DNA of 25,239 bases from an uncultured virus (IMG/VR IMGVR_UViG_3300017963_000022) (IMGVR_UViG_3300017963_000022); one strand, 5' to 3'; positions 8,276-18,178 are shown, counted from the first letter of the stretch. Translations and numbers: made by a program. The notes: generated by a model from the sequence alone, not told the origin.

Positions 8276-8665
8276 TTACTCCAATCTAGGGTTAGTCGCT
8301 TGTCTCCAATCGCCATGAGGAACTGTTGGACGGGTTTGGAGTCTTTCTGGATTAGCATAGACATAGGTAAAAGCAGTTACTCCGTTACCTAATTTAACCT
8401 CTATACGATCATAGTGGTTCCATTCACCTTCTCCAGAATACCCTTCAAGAAGGTCTATTCGTTGGAGTTGGTCATCATTAATTTCAAAGACTTCTCCACG
8501 TATGACATCTTCTGGATTTCCCGTTGCTACTATGGCAGGGAAACCACCAAGAGAATACATGGTATAACCAGCTAATGTATTTGGAGTTCCCTCCTGTGGG
8601 TCTAGGAAACTTCTCCAATTACCTAGGCCAGTTAAAAGTGTTCCATAAACAAAAAGGGTGTGCAT
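8276..8665 (-). CDS. Gamma-glutamylcyclotransferase (AIG2-like)
   Basis: LFVYGTL, FPAI, GEVF, IDLLEG, Y.R, A.TY and GDW motifs. Confidence 0.92.
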   Translation of the reverse strand: MHTLFVYGTLLTGLGNWRSFLDPQEGTPNTLAGYTMYSLGGFPAIVATGNPEDVIRGEVFEINDDQLQRIDLLEGYSGEGEWNHYDRIEVKLGNGVTAFTYVYANPERLQTRPTVPHGDWRQATNPRLE

Positions 8666-8680
8666 AGTGTTAATTTCTCC

Positions 8681-9292
8681 TTAATTTAATTTGTAAGAGC
8701 GAAGTATGATTTTGTTTCTCGTTCTTGGGCTAACAAAATCAACTAGTTTTTTCCAACGGAGCTTTTTAATTAGACCATGAGAGCTTTCTTTGTCATTACG
8801 GTAAGAACATAAGAGAAGCCCATATCCATATTGTTTTGCTAGCTCAACAGCAAATTCTTGTAGAAGAGTTCCTAACCCCTGTTTTTGGAGACCTACATTA
8901 ACAAACATTCCTGTAAGGACAGCAATTCCACAGCACCCTGGAAGCGTAGCTAATGAGAATTGTGCTTTATTCTGATCTCCTACGTATAGGGAAAACTGTG
9001 TAGGACTGTTTTCCCAATTACCGCTATCTAAATCATCTATTTCTCCATTAGATATGCGAAAGTGGACAAAGGGTTTCTCTTCCTCAGTTTCAAAAAACTT
9101 AGCAAACTTCTTATGGAGTTTTGCGACTCTGTTATACTCGCCGTCTTTGTTAGCTTCTGGATTAAAAGAATCTCCCAAGAGTTCCTTAATAAGTATTTTG
9201 AAAATATCTGGAGATTTTCCTTGTACGCTTCGAAGATAGTTAATCTCCTCTTGAACCCAACTTGGGATAGTATTAAATTGCTTCTCGGTCAT
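8681..9292 (-). CDS. GNAT-family acetyltransferase-like protein with N-terminal extension
   Basis: Acetyl-CoA-binding motif A: MFVNVGLQKQGLGTLL. Confidence 0.7.
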   Translation of the reverse strand: MTEKQFNTIPSWVQEEINYLRSVQGKSPDIFKILIKELLGDSFNPEANKDGEYNRVAKLHKKFAKFFETEEEKPFVHFRISNGEIDDLDSGNWENSPTQFSLYVGDQNKAQFSLATLPGCCGIAVLTGMFVNVGLQKQGLGTLLQEFAVELAKQYGYGLLLCSYRNDKESSHGLIKKLRWKKLVDFVSPRTRNKIILRSYKLN

Positions 9293-9692
9293 CGGAATAC
9301 AACTCCTTTAGTTGTAGAAAGTACTGAAAAGGCATTACATTTACTCTAATTAGTAAAACTAATAGAGAGCTTTTCCATTTTTTAGAGGGTGGTTTTTGTT
9401 CTTTCGCAAGAACAATTCGATATTTCTCTGCTCGTGATTTTTGTGCGTGTGAGTCAATCTTAATCCAAAGTGAGTCAGAGATAAGAGGTAAGCCATCTTG
9501 AGATTTTGCACTGATTTGAGCAATAGCAAAGATACGATCTCCAGAAGTCTTCATAGCTTTAACATGTATTTGACCATGTAGGTTTGTGTAGTTATAGACT
9601 CGTGGTGATGGGTTATGAAGGGAACTCAAAATAGTTCTCTCTTGTTTGATAAGAAAAGTGTCTTTAAGTGAGATAGCTGGAACTGTTTGCAT
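9273..9692 (-). CDS. Hypothetical protein
   Basis: Overlaps both neighbours (TAATG coupling upstream); no motif recognised. Confidence 0.6.
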   Translation of the reverse strand: MQTVPAISLKDTFLIKQERTILSSLHNPSPRVYNYTNLHGQIHVKAMKTSGDRIFAIAQISAKSQDGLPLISDSLWIKIDSHAQKSRAEKYRIVLAKEQKPPSKKWKSSLLVLLIRVNVMPFQYFLQLKELYSDDREAI

Positions 9693-10150
9693 TAGTAGCT
9701 CCTTACAAGAGTGCTAAATTTCTTAGGAAGAAACTCTACTCCGATGTACTCACGAGTAAGAGAATCTAAAGCATACTCAGCATGGTCGGGTCTATAGTGA
9801 TCTTCGTCATAAGAGACAAAGACAACAAAATTGTTGTATGTCCAGGCAAAGAGAACAAAGATTCCACCACCATCTTGCGATGCACACATTAGAGAAATAC
9901 CGTTATACCTTATAGGTGTGGGGTAATCCCCTTGAACCATCTTTGAGTGTGCGTCCGAAAGAATAAAAGCGGTTAAGAGTTTTACTCGCATTTGTTCTGG
10001 TATGCCTGGAGCTCTTCCCATGTTTACACAGTTGTAAACTTTAGCTAATGGTTGGAGCTCATCTATTTCTATTGCTACTTTTCCAAACAAATAAGCTCCT
10101 TTTTTCTTTGGCAGTTCTGTTATGGAGAGGGTTTTAATTATTCGAGCCAT
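9692..10150 (-). CDS. Hypothetical protein
   Basis: Operonic ORF with an AAGGAG RBS; no motif recognised. Confidence 0.7.
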   Translation of the reverse strand: MARIIKTLSITELPKKKGAYLFGKVAIEIDELQPLAKVYNCVNMGRAPGIPEQMRVKLLTAFILSDAHSKMVQGDYPTPIRYNGISLMCASQDGGGIFVLFAWTYNNFVVFVSYDEDHYRPDHAEYALDSLTREYIGVEFLPKKFSTLVRSY

Positions 10151-11127
10151 CCATAGCTCCTTTCAAAGTCTTCAATTTTCTTAATAAACTCCCCCAGGTT
10201 TATAAAGAACTGAGCATTGTTGCTTGCATCCATTTTGTTTTTAGCTTCAGTGAGTTTAAGAACTCCTGAAAAGATTGGAAAACGGTCTTTGAGTTTTCGC
10301 ATAAAGCCACTATATAGGGGTGTTTTGATGTTCTGTTGCATACACTGGAAGAAGTACTGTGTAGAGGCTTTATCCTGAAACATGGTTTGGTGCATTTGCT
10401 TTTGAGGCCCATTCCACTGAGCTTCTTTGTACATGTTAAGTTGAATTGCTCCACTACTTCTGTACTTTTTGAGCCAAAATACAAAGAAGTACAGAAGTGA
10501 GAATGGGAGAAGGCCACAGTTTCTGCTGTATTGCTCAGTAAGAAAGTTGTTAAAAGCAGTCGGAGAAGTAAATACCTCAGTGTTGATTGACTGATTAAAA
10601 CTTCTCCAGAACCAGAGGGCGGCAGAAATTAGAATAGGGTTAATTCCACAATTGAGAATTAGCCTGTCATTTTCGATAACGACTGGAAGTCTGGAGTTGC
10701 TGGTAAGATATTTTGTTAACAAATTCTTCATGTTAGTCTTACCAAGATCGGTGAGTGTGTGCTGGTGGTTGATAATATGAATCTCAAAACCAGTCATAGC
10801 GTAGAAGTAGGTGGTGGTTGAGGCTGTAGTTTTAGAGGAGCCCTTCTTTCCTAAGTAATAAGCACCAATGAAATCTCGAAGAAGGCCAACAACAGCTTCT
10901 CTACATTTTGTTTTGGTGGTATACTTTATGGCCTTGGTGGTAGACTTCAAGAGATGTTTTATCATTGTAGAGCGTTCGGAGTTTCCATACAATTCAAATG
11001 CTGGAAAGATTTCATCATCTCCATCGGCTCGATTTGCGTTTGCTTGCATGGCCTCGTCTATAAGACGGGCTTCTTCTTCTCTTGAAAGATTCAGGCGAGC
11101 TTCAATAGTCCAGTAATAGAGTGCCAT
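10138..11127 (-). CDS. Hypothetical protein, 329 aa
   Basis: Long operonic ORF with an AAAGGAG RBS. Confidence 0.8.
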   Translation of the reverse strand: MALYYWTIEARLNLSREEEARLIDEAMQANANRADGDDEIFPAFELYGNSERSTMIKHLLKSTTKAIKYTTKTKCREAVVGLLRDFIGAYYLGKKGSSKTTASTTTYFYAMTGFEIHIINHQHTLTDLGKTNMKNLLTKYLTSNSRLPVVIENDRLILNCGINPILISAALWFWRSFNQSINTEVFTSPTAFNNFLTEQYSRNCGLLPFSLLYFFVFWLKKYRSSGAIQLNMYKEAQWNGPQKQMHQTMFQDKASTQYFFQCMQQNIKTPLYSGFMRKLKDRFPIFSGVLKLTEAKNKMDASNNAQFFINLGEFIKKIEDFERSYGWLE

Positions 11128-11150
11128 AATTTAAAAATCTCCTTTCTTAT

Positions 11151-12089
11151 CTATTCCAAACCTAAAGTTTGGAGAATGTCTTGTGAGTCTGCACGATTAC
11201 ATGCGGTTACTGCTTGAATTGTGCGAGGTAAGTAGTAGTCTACAAGCTCTTTGGCTACAGCTAAATCCTTTACTGCTAGAGAAACTGCATATGTAGCGGC
11301 CTCTATAACACGCTCAACAGTCTCTAAAGTTCGCAACCAGGATGCAGATAAAGAGCGATATTCTAATCCCATGTCTCCATTAGGATAGAGTTTTGATCTG
11401 TACCTACCAGGATTACCAAAAACTTCTTTCCGAAGAACCTCAAGTTCAGGCTCATCTGAAACAGCTACCCCCATATTTCCAACAGTGATAGCGAGAAGTC
11501 GGATAATTGTTTTTTGGTGTTGGTGCATATAATCTCCAAAATCAGCACTAATGCTCAAATGAAGATGTCCACCTAAACCTCGGTACTCCCAACCATCTAG
11601 GGTAACTGTCTCGCAGTTATAGGCGGAGTCTATTGCATCTTTATCGGGGTTACAACCAGCAATGGACGCTTGATACAGGTCTCCGTTTTGATCGAGTTTG
11701 TCAGTAAACATTGAAGCATCAAACTTTGATACAGGAGCAAACCAAGGCTTGTATCCTTTGGGCCTGAGAAATTCTTCAAGAGCTTCCCGTGCTTTGTGGA
11801 ACTTCTTGAAGAGAGCTTCCGCAGTTACAGAAGGAGAAAAATCGGTTTCTACAAGAGCAGAGTCTTGATACCACGTACCATCCTCCATCTTCAAAAAGAT
11901 GTGGTGCGGTATTTTTTCTCCGTCCATTGACTCATCCCAACGTTCTTCAAGAACTGGAAGAACTCCTTGATGAAAGAGAAGTGCGGGTGGATAAAGAGTT
12001 TTGATTGGTTCTACATCTTCTACTTTCACAACGGCGGCCTCCACATCAGAGGCAAACTTCAATCCTGCTACTTTCTGTACATTATTCAT
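11151..12089 (-). CDS. phiEco32-like COOH-NH2 ligase type 2 (glutamine-synthetase/GCS fold)
   Basis: FASDVE (GxDxE-like), QDSALVE, GCNPD, RGLGGHLH, R...FG..G.YR.K.Y and GLEYRSLS motifs. Confidence 0.88.
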   Translation of the reverse strand: MNNVQKVAGLKFASDVEAAVVKVEDVEPIKTLYPPALLFHQGVLPVLEERWDESMDGEKIPHHIFLKMEDGTWYQDSALVETDFSPSVTAEALFKKFHKAREALEEFLRPKGYKPWFAPVSKFDASMFTDKLDQNGDLYQASIAGCNPDKDAIDSAYNCETVTLDGWEYRGLGGHLHLSISADFGDYMHQHQKTIIRLLAITVGNMGVAVSDEPELEVLRKEVFGNPGRYRSKLYPNGDMGLEYRSLSASWLRTLETVERVIEAATYAVSLAVKDLAVAKELVDYYLPRTIQAVTACNRADSQDILQTLGLE

Positions 12090-12090
12090 A

Positions 12091-12468
12091 CTATTCTCCT
12101 TTAAGTTGTACAGTTTCTACGAGCTTTAAGAGTGTTTTACGCTCGTATCTATCTGGAAGCTCGTTTTCAATATCATCAGCATGTTGTTTACAATAGATTC
12201 CAGAGTGACCATTGAATATGGACATTTGTTCTAGTTCGACAATCTCGAAACACCTAGAACACTCGGCAGTTACTTCTGAAACATCGACTTCCGAGCTACA
12301 AGTTGCACAATAAAACTTGGTTCGGAGGTCTACTGAGTTCTGTTGCATTGGTACAAGTGATACATGAGAAACTTGTAGACACTTTCCTCCAAATACAGGG
12401 AGCCCCAATACTAAAAGATTTGGTAGAAGTAACTGTACCGGAGACGCACATTTTTTATGGTAAAACAT
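12091..12468 (-). CDS. Putative zinc-binding protein
   Basis: HKKC, CATC, CSRC and CKQH ligand pairs. Confidence 0.7.
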   Translation of the reverse strand: MFYHKKCASPVQLLLPNLLVLGLPVFGGKCLQVSHVSLVPMQQNSVDLRTKFYCATCSSEVDVSEVTAECSRCFEIVELEQMSIFNGHSGIYCKQHADDIENELPDRYERKTLLKLVETVQLKGE

Positions 12469-12476
12469 ACTATCTC

Positions 12477-13481
12477 CTAAATTACCATGATATGTTGAGC
12501 ATAGGTATTAGGTATACCTAACTCCTTCGCTACAAGAAGCGGTGACATTCTAAACTTTTCGTCCACATGGAAGAACAGCATTTGATTTTGGCAAATAATC
12601 TTGGAGACTTGAAAAGACATTACAATGTCCTGAACAACTTTTATTCTCGCTTGCGGTACTGCCCACTTTGATGGGTGATTTTCGAGAAGTTTTGATAGTG
12701 TTATTCGACCATCATAGAGCGCATCATCTTCTTCATCTTCAAAACTCGCATCAATGAGTTCACCGTCTTCAAGAGGTAGTTGCTCCATATCAATATCATA
12801 ACTAGCAAAAGCTTGAGTACAGTTTTTAAGCTGATCTCCGCTAGGAACCCAAGAACTCTTAATAGAGCCCTTTGGTTCAAAATATGTTTGATACCTTTCC
12901 AAGAGACTGTCTGGAATATCCAAACCAAGATGTCGTACCCATGCTCTCATCAAGAGTCGAAGACCAAAAAGCGAAGTTTTTCCAGAAGAAGATAATGAGC
13001 TCATTTTGTCTTTAAGATAAGCAACCTCTTGAAAAAATCCTTCCGCATCTGTTTTAACAATATCCCCTCCATATCCAGCCATTAAGATTGAAAGTGTAGT
13101 GTTTGTCTGTGGAGTTGGAAGACTGTTAAAATACTCTGGAGCTTCTGGATAACCATAGTGAACATTCCAAATAGCTTTTTCTGTGAGAAGGTCAACAAGG
13201 TATGTTCCTCCCTCTGAGTCTTCAGGATGAAGCCCTGAGTTCTTTATACAAACTCTAAGACGGTCTGCTGGCATCATGAGTTCTACAGAAGGTACAACAA
13301 ACTGAATTAAGTCGTGATGTATGCGAACATACGCTATGTAGGAGGCATCGAACTTATAGAAGAGATCGAAAGTTCCCATTTGGAGAAATGTTCCAAAGTC
13401 TGTACAAAAAGGTAGAACTTTTTCAAACTCAAAAGGCTCCTTTATTGCCTCAATTGGTTGTGAGAATGGTTTTTTAGCCAT
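12477..13481 (-). CDS. Hypothetical protein, 334 aa
   Basis: Long ORF overlapping the RuvB-like gene end; no motif recognised. Confidence 0.8.
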   Translation of the reverse strand: MAKKPFSQPIEAIKEPFEFEKVLPFCTDFGTFLQMGTFDLFYKFDASYIAYVRIHHDLIQFVVPSVELMMPADRLRVCIKNSGLHPEDSEGGTYLVDLLTEKAIWNVHYGYPEAPEYFNSLPTPQTNTTLSILMAGYGGDIVKTDAEGFFQEVAYLKDKMSSLSSSGKTSLFGLRLLMRAWVRHLGLDIPDSLLERYQTYFEPKGSIKSSWVPSGDQLKNCTQAFASYDIDMEQLPLEDGELIDASFEDEEDDALYDGRITLSKLLENHPSKWAVPQARIKVVQDIVMSFQVSKIICQNQMLFFHVDEKFRMSPLLVAKELGIPNTYAQHIMVI

Positions 13482-14298
13482 ACGAAGTTAAACTCCTTCC
13501 TTTAGAGTCTATTAGGAGCAATCCTTTTCTTATTAAGAATGGCTCAATTTCCTCAGTTATTACTTTGAGTGGTAGGTTTGCAACAGCCTGTACTCTCGCT
13601 AGACTGGCAACACCGCCAAGCTCCTGCAAAGCATTTAAATATTGTCTATCTCTGGTTGTTATACCTCCTTGTTCTGTACCTAGAATATTCAACATAAGCT
13701 CATGAATTGAGCTTTCAAAAGAATAATCGGAACTAAACTGAACAATTATTGAAACCCTCACAGCTAGTTCTTTTACAATTCTTGGAACTCCTCTACAGTA
13801 TTCCGCTAGAGCTAAACACCAATGCGGAGGAACGTCTGAGAGATTTCGTTTAAAGAACTCAATGAAAGCTATCTGTGCGAGTTGCTCTTTTGTATAGTCC
13901 TCAAAAACAAATTGTATACATCTATTTCGTAAAGGTTCTTCGAGAAGATCATATTTATTTGTGGCTAAAAGAAAGACATAACGCTCAGAACTCATGTAAT
14001 CATAGATTGTTTCCGGTGTTGAGAGTGTATGAACTTCATCTAGAAAATGAAAACGAGCCTGAGGTTTGAAATGTATTCCTGTTTTTGAGATTCGGTACTT
14101 GAAAGTACTCTTAAAGCCAGGGTCAAGGTAACTGAGAAAATAATAGGCTAAAGTACTTTTCCCGTATCCTGAAGAGGCTTCAAAGATTATATTCAAGTTT
14201 TCTCCTGAAAGGATAGATTGAGCAATAAGGGATAACTCTGTTTTAATATTTGTTTGTCCGATAAAACTCCTATCTATCTGTTCTAAAAAAGTAGGCAT
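13474..14298 (-). CDS. ruvB: RuvB-like AAA+ ATPase
   Basis: FIGQ, Walker A SGYGKS, Walker B FLDEVH, AT sensor 1, PLRNR arginine finger, RG.PR sensor 2, and a C-terminal winged helix EPFLI..G......GR. Confidence 0.85.
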   Translation of the reverse strand: MPTFLEQIDRSFIGQTNIKTELSLIAQSILSGENLNIIFEASSGYGKSTLAYYFLSYLDPGFKSTFKYRISKTGIHFKPQARFHFLDEVHTLSTPETIYDYMSSERYVFLLATNKYDLLEEPLRNRCIQFVFEDYTKEQLAQIAFIEFFKRNLSDVPPHWCLALAEYCRGVPRIVKELAVRVSIIVQFSSDYSFESSIHELMLNILGTEQGGITTRDRQYLNALQELGGVASLARVQAVANLPLKVITEEIEPFLIRKGLLLIDSKGRSLTSYG

Positions 14299-14308
14299 TG
14301 ATAATCTC

Positions 14309-15103
14309 CTAACCTGGAGTAGTTAACATGTCCTCAAGAACTTCTTCTGCTAGTTGTCTTGCACTCCCATTATCTAAACCAAAGGCAGTATTGGGCTCAA
14401 AGAACACTGTACCAACTTTTGTTGACCATCCAACATCTAGAGCAAAGAATCGCCCTGGAAGTATTCTCGATGCCTTGAGCACATCTGCACACATTCTTGG
14501 ATATTTATTTTCAGGCTCAAATCTTCTAGAGTACCTGTATTTGTCGTTGTGTCTAATTTTGATTTTTCGAGAATCGTTTTCGCCTGACCTCAGAACTTTC
14601 TTAGATACTCTAAAAATTCTAGGTTCTGTACCATTATTTTGTTTGTACACAAAGAACCGATATTCAGTTCTTACTGGAATATAGGAGCACCAATAAGCAC
14701 CGTGTACCCAATGGTTACTAAAAATCTCTGCATTTATGCAGGGGTACATTCCCTTACCCTTGGAGCCTGTAAGTGTAGTGCGAACAATTAAAGGAAAGTT
14801 CCTCTCTTCTGGTGGTGTTGATACAAACTTTGGAGAATTAAGACCATTTGCTAATAAAAGCTCAGAAACTTTTAGCTTGTCTATTAGGAATTTTATATCC
14901 TTGGCAGAATTTCTGTTAGTCTCTCTTCTTTGTTCTGATTGTCGAAGTTCATAAGAGTTTCCGTAACGAAGAAAAATTCTTGTGTCTCTTATAACTACAT
15001 TGCTTACACGAGAAGTTACGGGTATTTGTTCTCCAGAAAGTTCTTCAATGTGTTTAGAAAGGAGTTTTGCAGAAGGTAATGTTAGTTTTGCAGATACTAT
15101 CAT
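14309..15103 (-). CDS. ATP-grasp ligase (RimK/YheCD-like)
   Basis: DKLK, FPLIVR, GSKGKG, EYRFFV, FFALDV and FFEPNTAFGL motifs. Confidence 0.8.
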   Translation of the reverse strand: MIVSAKLTLPSAKLLSKHIEELSGEQIPVTSRVSNVVIRDTRIFLRYGNSYELRQSEQRRETNRNSAKDIKFLIDKLKVSELLLANGLNSPKFVSTPPEERNFPLIVRTTLTGSKGKGMYPCINAEIFSNHWVHGAYWCSYIPVRTEYRFFVYKQNNGTEPRIFRVSKKVLRSGENDSRKIKIRHNDKYRYSRRFEPENKYPRMCADVLKASRILPGRFFALDVGWSTKVGTVFFEPNTAFGLDNGSARQLAEEVLEDMLTTPG

Positions 15104-16425
15104 TCTTTATCTCCTCTTCTTGTAGTAAGTTCAATTGAGTGAAGTGTGTCTTCTGGAGTAAACATATATGGAAATTGCAGATCAGGAAACTGTTTATATA
15201 AACCACGAGCATCGTATGTTGTATAGGAGTTTCTTCTGATTTTTCTCCAACGTTTGAAAATTGTTTTCTGTTGTCCTGATTCTTCGAGGAAGGCTAAAGC
15301 GGGTTTTACAAAGATTAGAGTAAAGTATCGTAGGCTTTTTGGAGTAGCTCCAGCAAGTCCTGTACCAGTGAAAATAGTGAGAAGTTGGTCATATTCGTAA
15401 AGGGAGATTTCGCCCAATTGCTTCATTTGTTTTTCTACCAACCTCAAGGCTGTATCGGATTGTGTACTAGTAGTCGGAGTGTGGACAGTGCTGGTACCAG
15501 TTGCACGCTGAGCATGACTCCTTGCATGAGATGTATGGGCGGGGATTTGCTTTTGAGGTTGGTTTTTTGCTTTTGGGTAAACCTTTACATTTTGTTCAAT
15601 TTTTCCAATTTTTTCTAGTTTCTTACCCTTGACCTCGAAGATAGTTTCTTCTGCAAGAAGTTCTGGAGTTGTGTAGGTTAAGACAGCGTCTTTATGTTGT
15701 TTCCATATTTGAACTAGAAGATGTAGAGAATCTCGTAAACCTTCATACTCTGTGTTTACAACAAAGCCCACGTATTTCCCATTGACTGAAACTTCAGAGT
15801 AATGAAGTATTGCTTTTCCTCGAACAACATATACTTTTTGTGTGTGCATCTCTTCTATTAAGAAAGCAAACTTTCCATAAAACTCTTTCATAGCAGTTTG
15901 AAGAGCTTTCCTAACATTGACACTAATATTTTTGTAGAGTTTCTTTTCTCTACTTTTCTCATATTCTTGAGCAAATACTTCGAGGAACATTTGACTATCA
16001 ATCATGTCTGGAAACTCTTCTTCTGCTTTTTTGGCTCTTTCATCTTTTTGAAGATGTAGAGTTCCATTATGAGCAAGAATAAGTGTTCTCGAAGTGTCGA
16101 TGAAGGGATGTAAATGCTGTTCTCTTAGTTTATCGTTATCTTTTTCCTTTTTAGAGAAAGAAGATGTTGCTTTTCTCACATGTGCAATGACTGGATATTT
16201 TGGAAGTAACTCAACATCTACAAAATTATCGAAAAAATTGAGTTGATAATAAGGTGGTGTAAGTTGAACTCTGCGAAATCTTCCAGGACTTCCATTGTTA
16301 GAGATGTGGTAAGTCATCCCTACTCCATCATGGTGATCTTCTTTTGTATTATTAATCAAGAGAAGAGTTAGCAACTGTTTAGTTAGTTCTCGTTGGTTAA
16401 CATTAACAAGAGTTAGTTGGCACAT
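15100..16425 (-). CDS. Class II (Ntn) glutamine amidotransferase with C-terminal extension
   Basis: N-terminal Cys2 (MCQL), DGVG, AHVRKAT, HPF, AHNGTL and DS motifs. Confidence 0.9.
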   Translation of the reverse strand: MCQLTLVNVNQRELTKQLLTLLLINNTKEDHHDGVGMTYHISNNGSPGRFRRVQLTPPYYQLNFFDNFVDVELLPKYPVIAHVRKATSSFSKKEKDNDKLREQHLHPFIDTSRTLILAHNGTLHLQKDERAKKAEEEFPDMIDSQMFLEVFAQEYEKSREKKLYKNISVNVRKALQTAMKEFYGKFAFLIEEMHTQKVYVVRGKAILHYSEVSVNGKYVGFVVNTEYEGLRDSLHLLVQIWKQHKDAVLTYTTPELLAEETIFEVKGKKLEKIGKIEQNVKVYPKAKNQPQKQIPAHTSHARSHAQRATGTSTVHTPTTSTQSDTALRLVEKQMKQLGEISLYEYDQLLTIFTGTGLAGATPKSLRYFTLIFVKPALAFLEESGQQKTIFKRWRKIRRNSYTTYDARGLYKQFPDLQFPYMFTPEDTLHSIELTTRRGDKE

Positions 16426-16434
16426 TTTGTCTCC

Positions 16435-17631
16435 TTATGTACGAGAAGTTACTGTGCTATTGCGGAGTTGTCTTAGATTATCAAAGTGCCTAATCCTATC
16501 GCTTCCAGCTACAGTATAGAGATCGTGGTAAATAGGCTGATTAACCTTTTTTGCTAATACTCGTTCAGGAACGAACTTTTTGGACTCCCAATGTAGGGGA
16601 ACAGAGTGCCTGTCATGGAGATGACTCCTAACAAATCGTTCTTTTAGAATTGGTTGTGGAGTTGTTGAAATCATTTCTAAAAGTAGGTTTGCGTGTTTTT
16701 CTCCAAGTCCAGCAAGGTTGAACCAACGAGCCGCTACTTCTAGTGTCTCGCTAATTGGTGTCTCGCTGAAAACCGAATACTCCTTCATCAGCCCATTGGC
16801 TACAAATTCTTTCCAGGGAGCTACAACACAGTACTCAGCAAACTTTTGAACTGCTAGAAAGACAGAGAGAATTTTCATTGGGTCTAAAGAAAAGTTAAAT
16901 ACCCTGAGTTCCAAAGTACCTCGTGTGCGTCCATCTCGATTTTGTAAAAGATTTACAAGGTTAATCCAATGGTATCTCACAATAGGCCAACGAACTCTCG
17001 GTGCTAGTACAGCAGAATCTCCATAACGTAAGTAGAAATCTTCAAGAGTTTCTGCTTCAAGTAGAGCTTGTTTTGTAAAACACTGAGCCCAACCTCCAGG
17101 TACGGGAACAACTATAGGGCCGGAGCGTGTGATAGGACGAAAGTAGATTGAGTCAGAAGTCATTCCTCTGTGTTCGTATCCCATCCCTCCAATTGTAAAG
17201 AACATTTTCTCAAGATGAGCTCCAAGAATTAGTACTTTTTTGAGTACATCCAGGTTATTTACAAATGAGATGTGTACGTGAATGGAACTCCTGGTATTTC
17301 TTGGTTGTTCTCCACAAACCGACAACAAATTAGTAATCTGAATCAGTCTCTCAAGGAGTTCTTTTTCTCCCATTCGAGAGTTCCAAATTCGTGTGACTAG
17401 CTCGCCTCCTATTTTAGACTCAGAACGAGAAGCTACTTCATACGGAGACTTCAGTATATGAAGTCCAGTATTTCTACACTTTTGAGATTGAGTTTCAGTA
17501 GATACGTCATATGTTACTTTTACATCCAAATCTCTAAGTAGTTGGCTATTGCCGAGTTTACTTTGTGTAGGATAAAGGAACTCAAGTTCTAATCCAAAAC
17601 TTTGGAGAAGTTCAGGTATAGTATTTTTCAT
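16435..17631 (-). CDS. Putative amidoligase (Amidoligase_2 / COOH-NH2 ligase family)
   Basis: FGLELEF, D.S, ELVT, SIHVH, RY..INL and GTLELR.F motifs. Confidence 0.88.
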   Translation of the reverse strand: MKNTIPELLQSFGLELEFLYPTQSKLGNSQLLRDLDVKVTYDVSTETQSQKCRNTGLHILKSPYEVASRSESKIGGELVTRIWNSRMGEKELLERLIQITNLLSVCGEQPRNTRSSIHVHISFVNNLDVLKKVLILGAHLEKMFFTIGGMGYEHRGMTSDSIYFRPITRSGPIVVPVPGGWAQCFTKQALLEAETLEDFYLRYGDSAVLAPRVRWPIVRYHWINLVNLLQNRDGRTRGTLELRVFNFSLDPMKILSVFLAVQKFAEYCVVAPWKEFVANGLMKEYSVFSETPISETLEVAARWFNLAGLGEKHANLLLEMISTTPQPILKERFVRSHLHDRHSVPLHWESKKFVPERVLAKKVNQPIYHDLYTVAGSDRIRHFDNLRQLRNSTVTSRT

Positions 17632-17779
17632 ACTCTACCCTGACCTTTTTTTTGCGGATTATTCTTCTACGTCCCACACGATCTCTCTTTGGAAGATGCT
17701 GTTCTTTCTTTTTTCGAGAGATGTCTTGTTTTCGTTTCCCCTTCTCTTTAACTCTATCTAGATAATCATTCTCAGCCAT
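17612..17779 (-). CDS. Small highly basic protein, 55 aa
   Basis: Own translation MAENDYLDRVKEKGKRKQDISRKKKEQHLPKRDRVGRRRIIRKKKVRVEYEKYYT, with an AAAGGAG RBS. Confidence 0.55.
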   Translation of the reverse strand: MAENDYLDRVKEKGKRKQDISRKKKEQHLPKRDRVGRRRIIRKKKVRVEYEKYYT

Positions 17780-17782
17780 CGT

Positions 17783-18052
17783 TTATCTCCTTTCGTTAAC
17801 GTAGAACTGAGTTTCAATCTCTACAGTTTTTGAAATTTCTATAGAGACTACGGCATCGGTCAATAAGAAATTCTCCTCTATTTCATCTTCCTGTTTTACA
17901 TTTGGAAGAGATTTTGAAAATAGTTCTCCGACCAGTCTTGTCCAAGCATCCGTGAATGTTTCGTCTTCTTCGAGGACAATTACTTTTGTTAGCTCTCTAT
18001 TATTTTTTGTAAGAATAGAGAACGTTACCTGTACTACAATTTCGGTTTTCAT
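17783..18052 (-). CDS. Hypothetical protein
   Basis: Start moved to MKTEIV (AAAGGAG RBS). Confidence 0.7.
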   Translation of the reverse strand: MKTEIVVQVTFSILTKNNRELTKVIVLEEDETFTDAWTRLVGELFSKSLPNVKQEDEIEENFLLTDAVVSIEISKTVEIETQFYVNERR

Positions 18053-18082
18053 TTTACGCTCCTTTCTTAAAGTCACAGGTAA

Positions 18083-18156
18083 AACCCTGGGTGAGACTCG
18101 AACTCACAACACTCGGCTTAGAAGGCCGATGCTCTATCCAATTGAGCTACCAGGGC
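18083..18156 (-). tRNA. tRNA-Arg (UCU), no encoded CCA
   Basis: GCCCTGG TA GCTC AATTGGATA GAGC A TCGGC CT-TCT-AA GCCGA GTGTT GTGAG TTCGAGT CTCAC CCAGGGT forms a full cloverleaf. Confidence 0.95.
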
Positions 18157-18178
18157 TATTAATTAAATAAGCTCCAAT

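Noticed and set aside
8269..8364. N-terminal extension of the deformylase-like ORF
   Set aside because: It overlaps the GGCT gene; a better start with an RBS lies at 8268.
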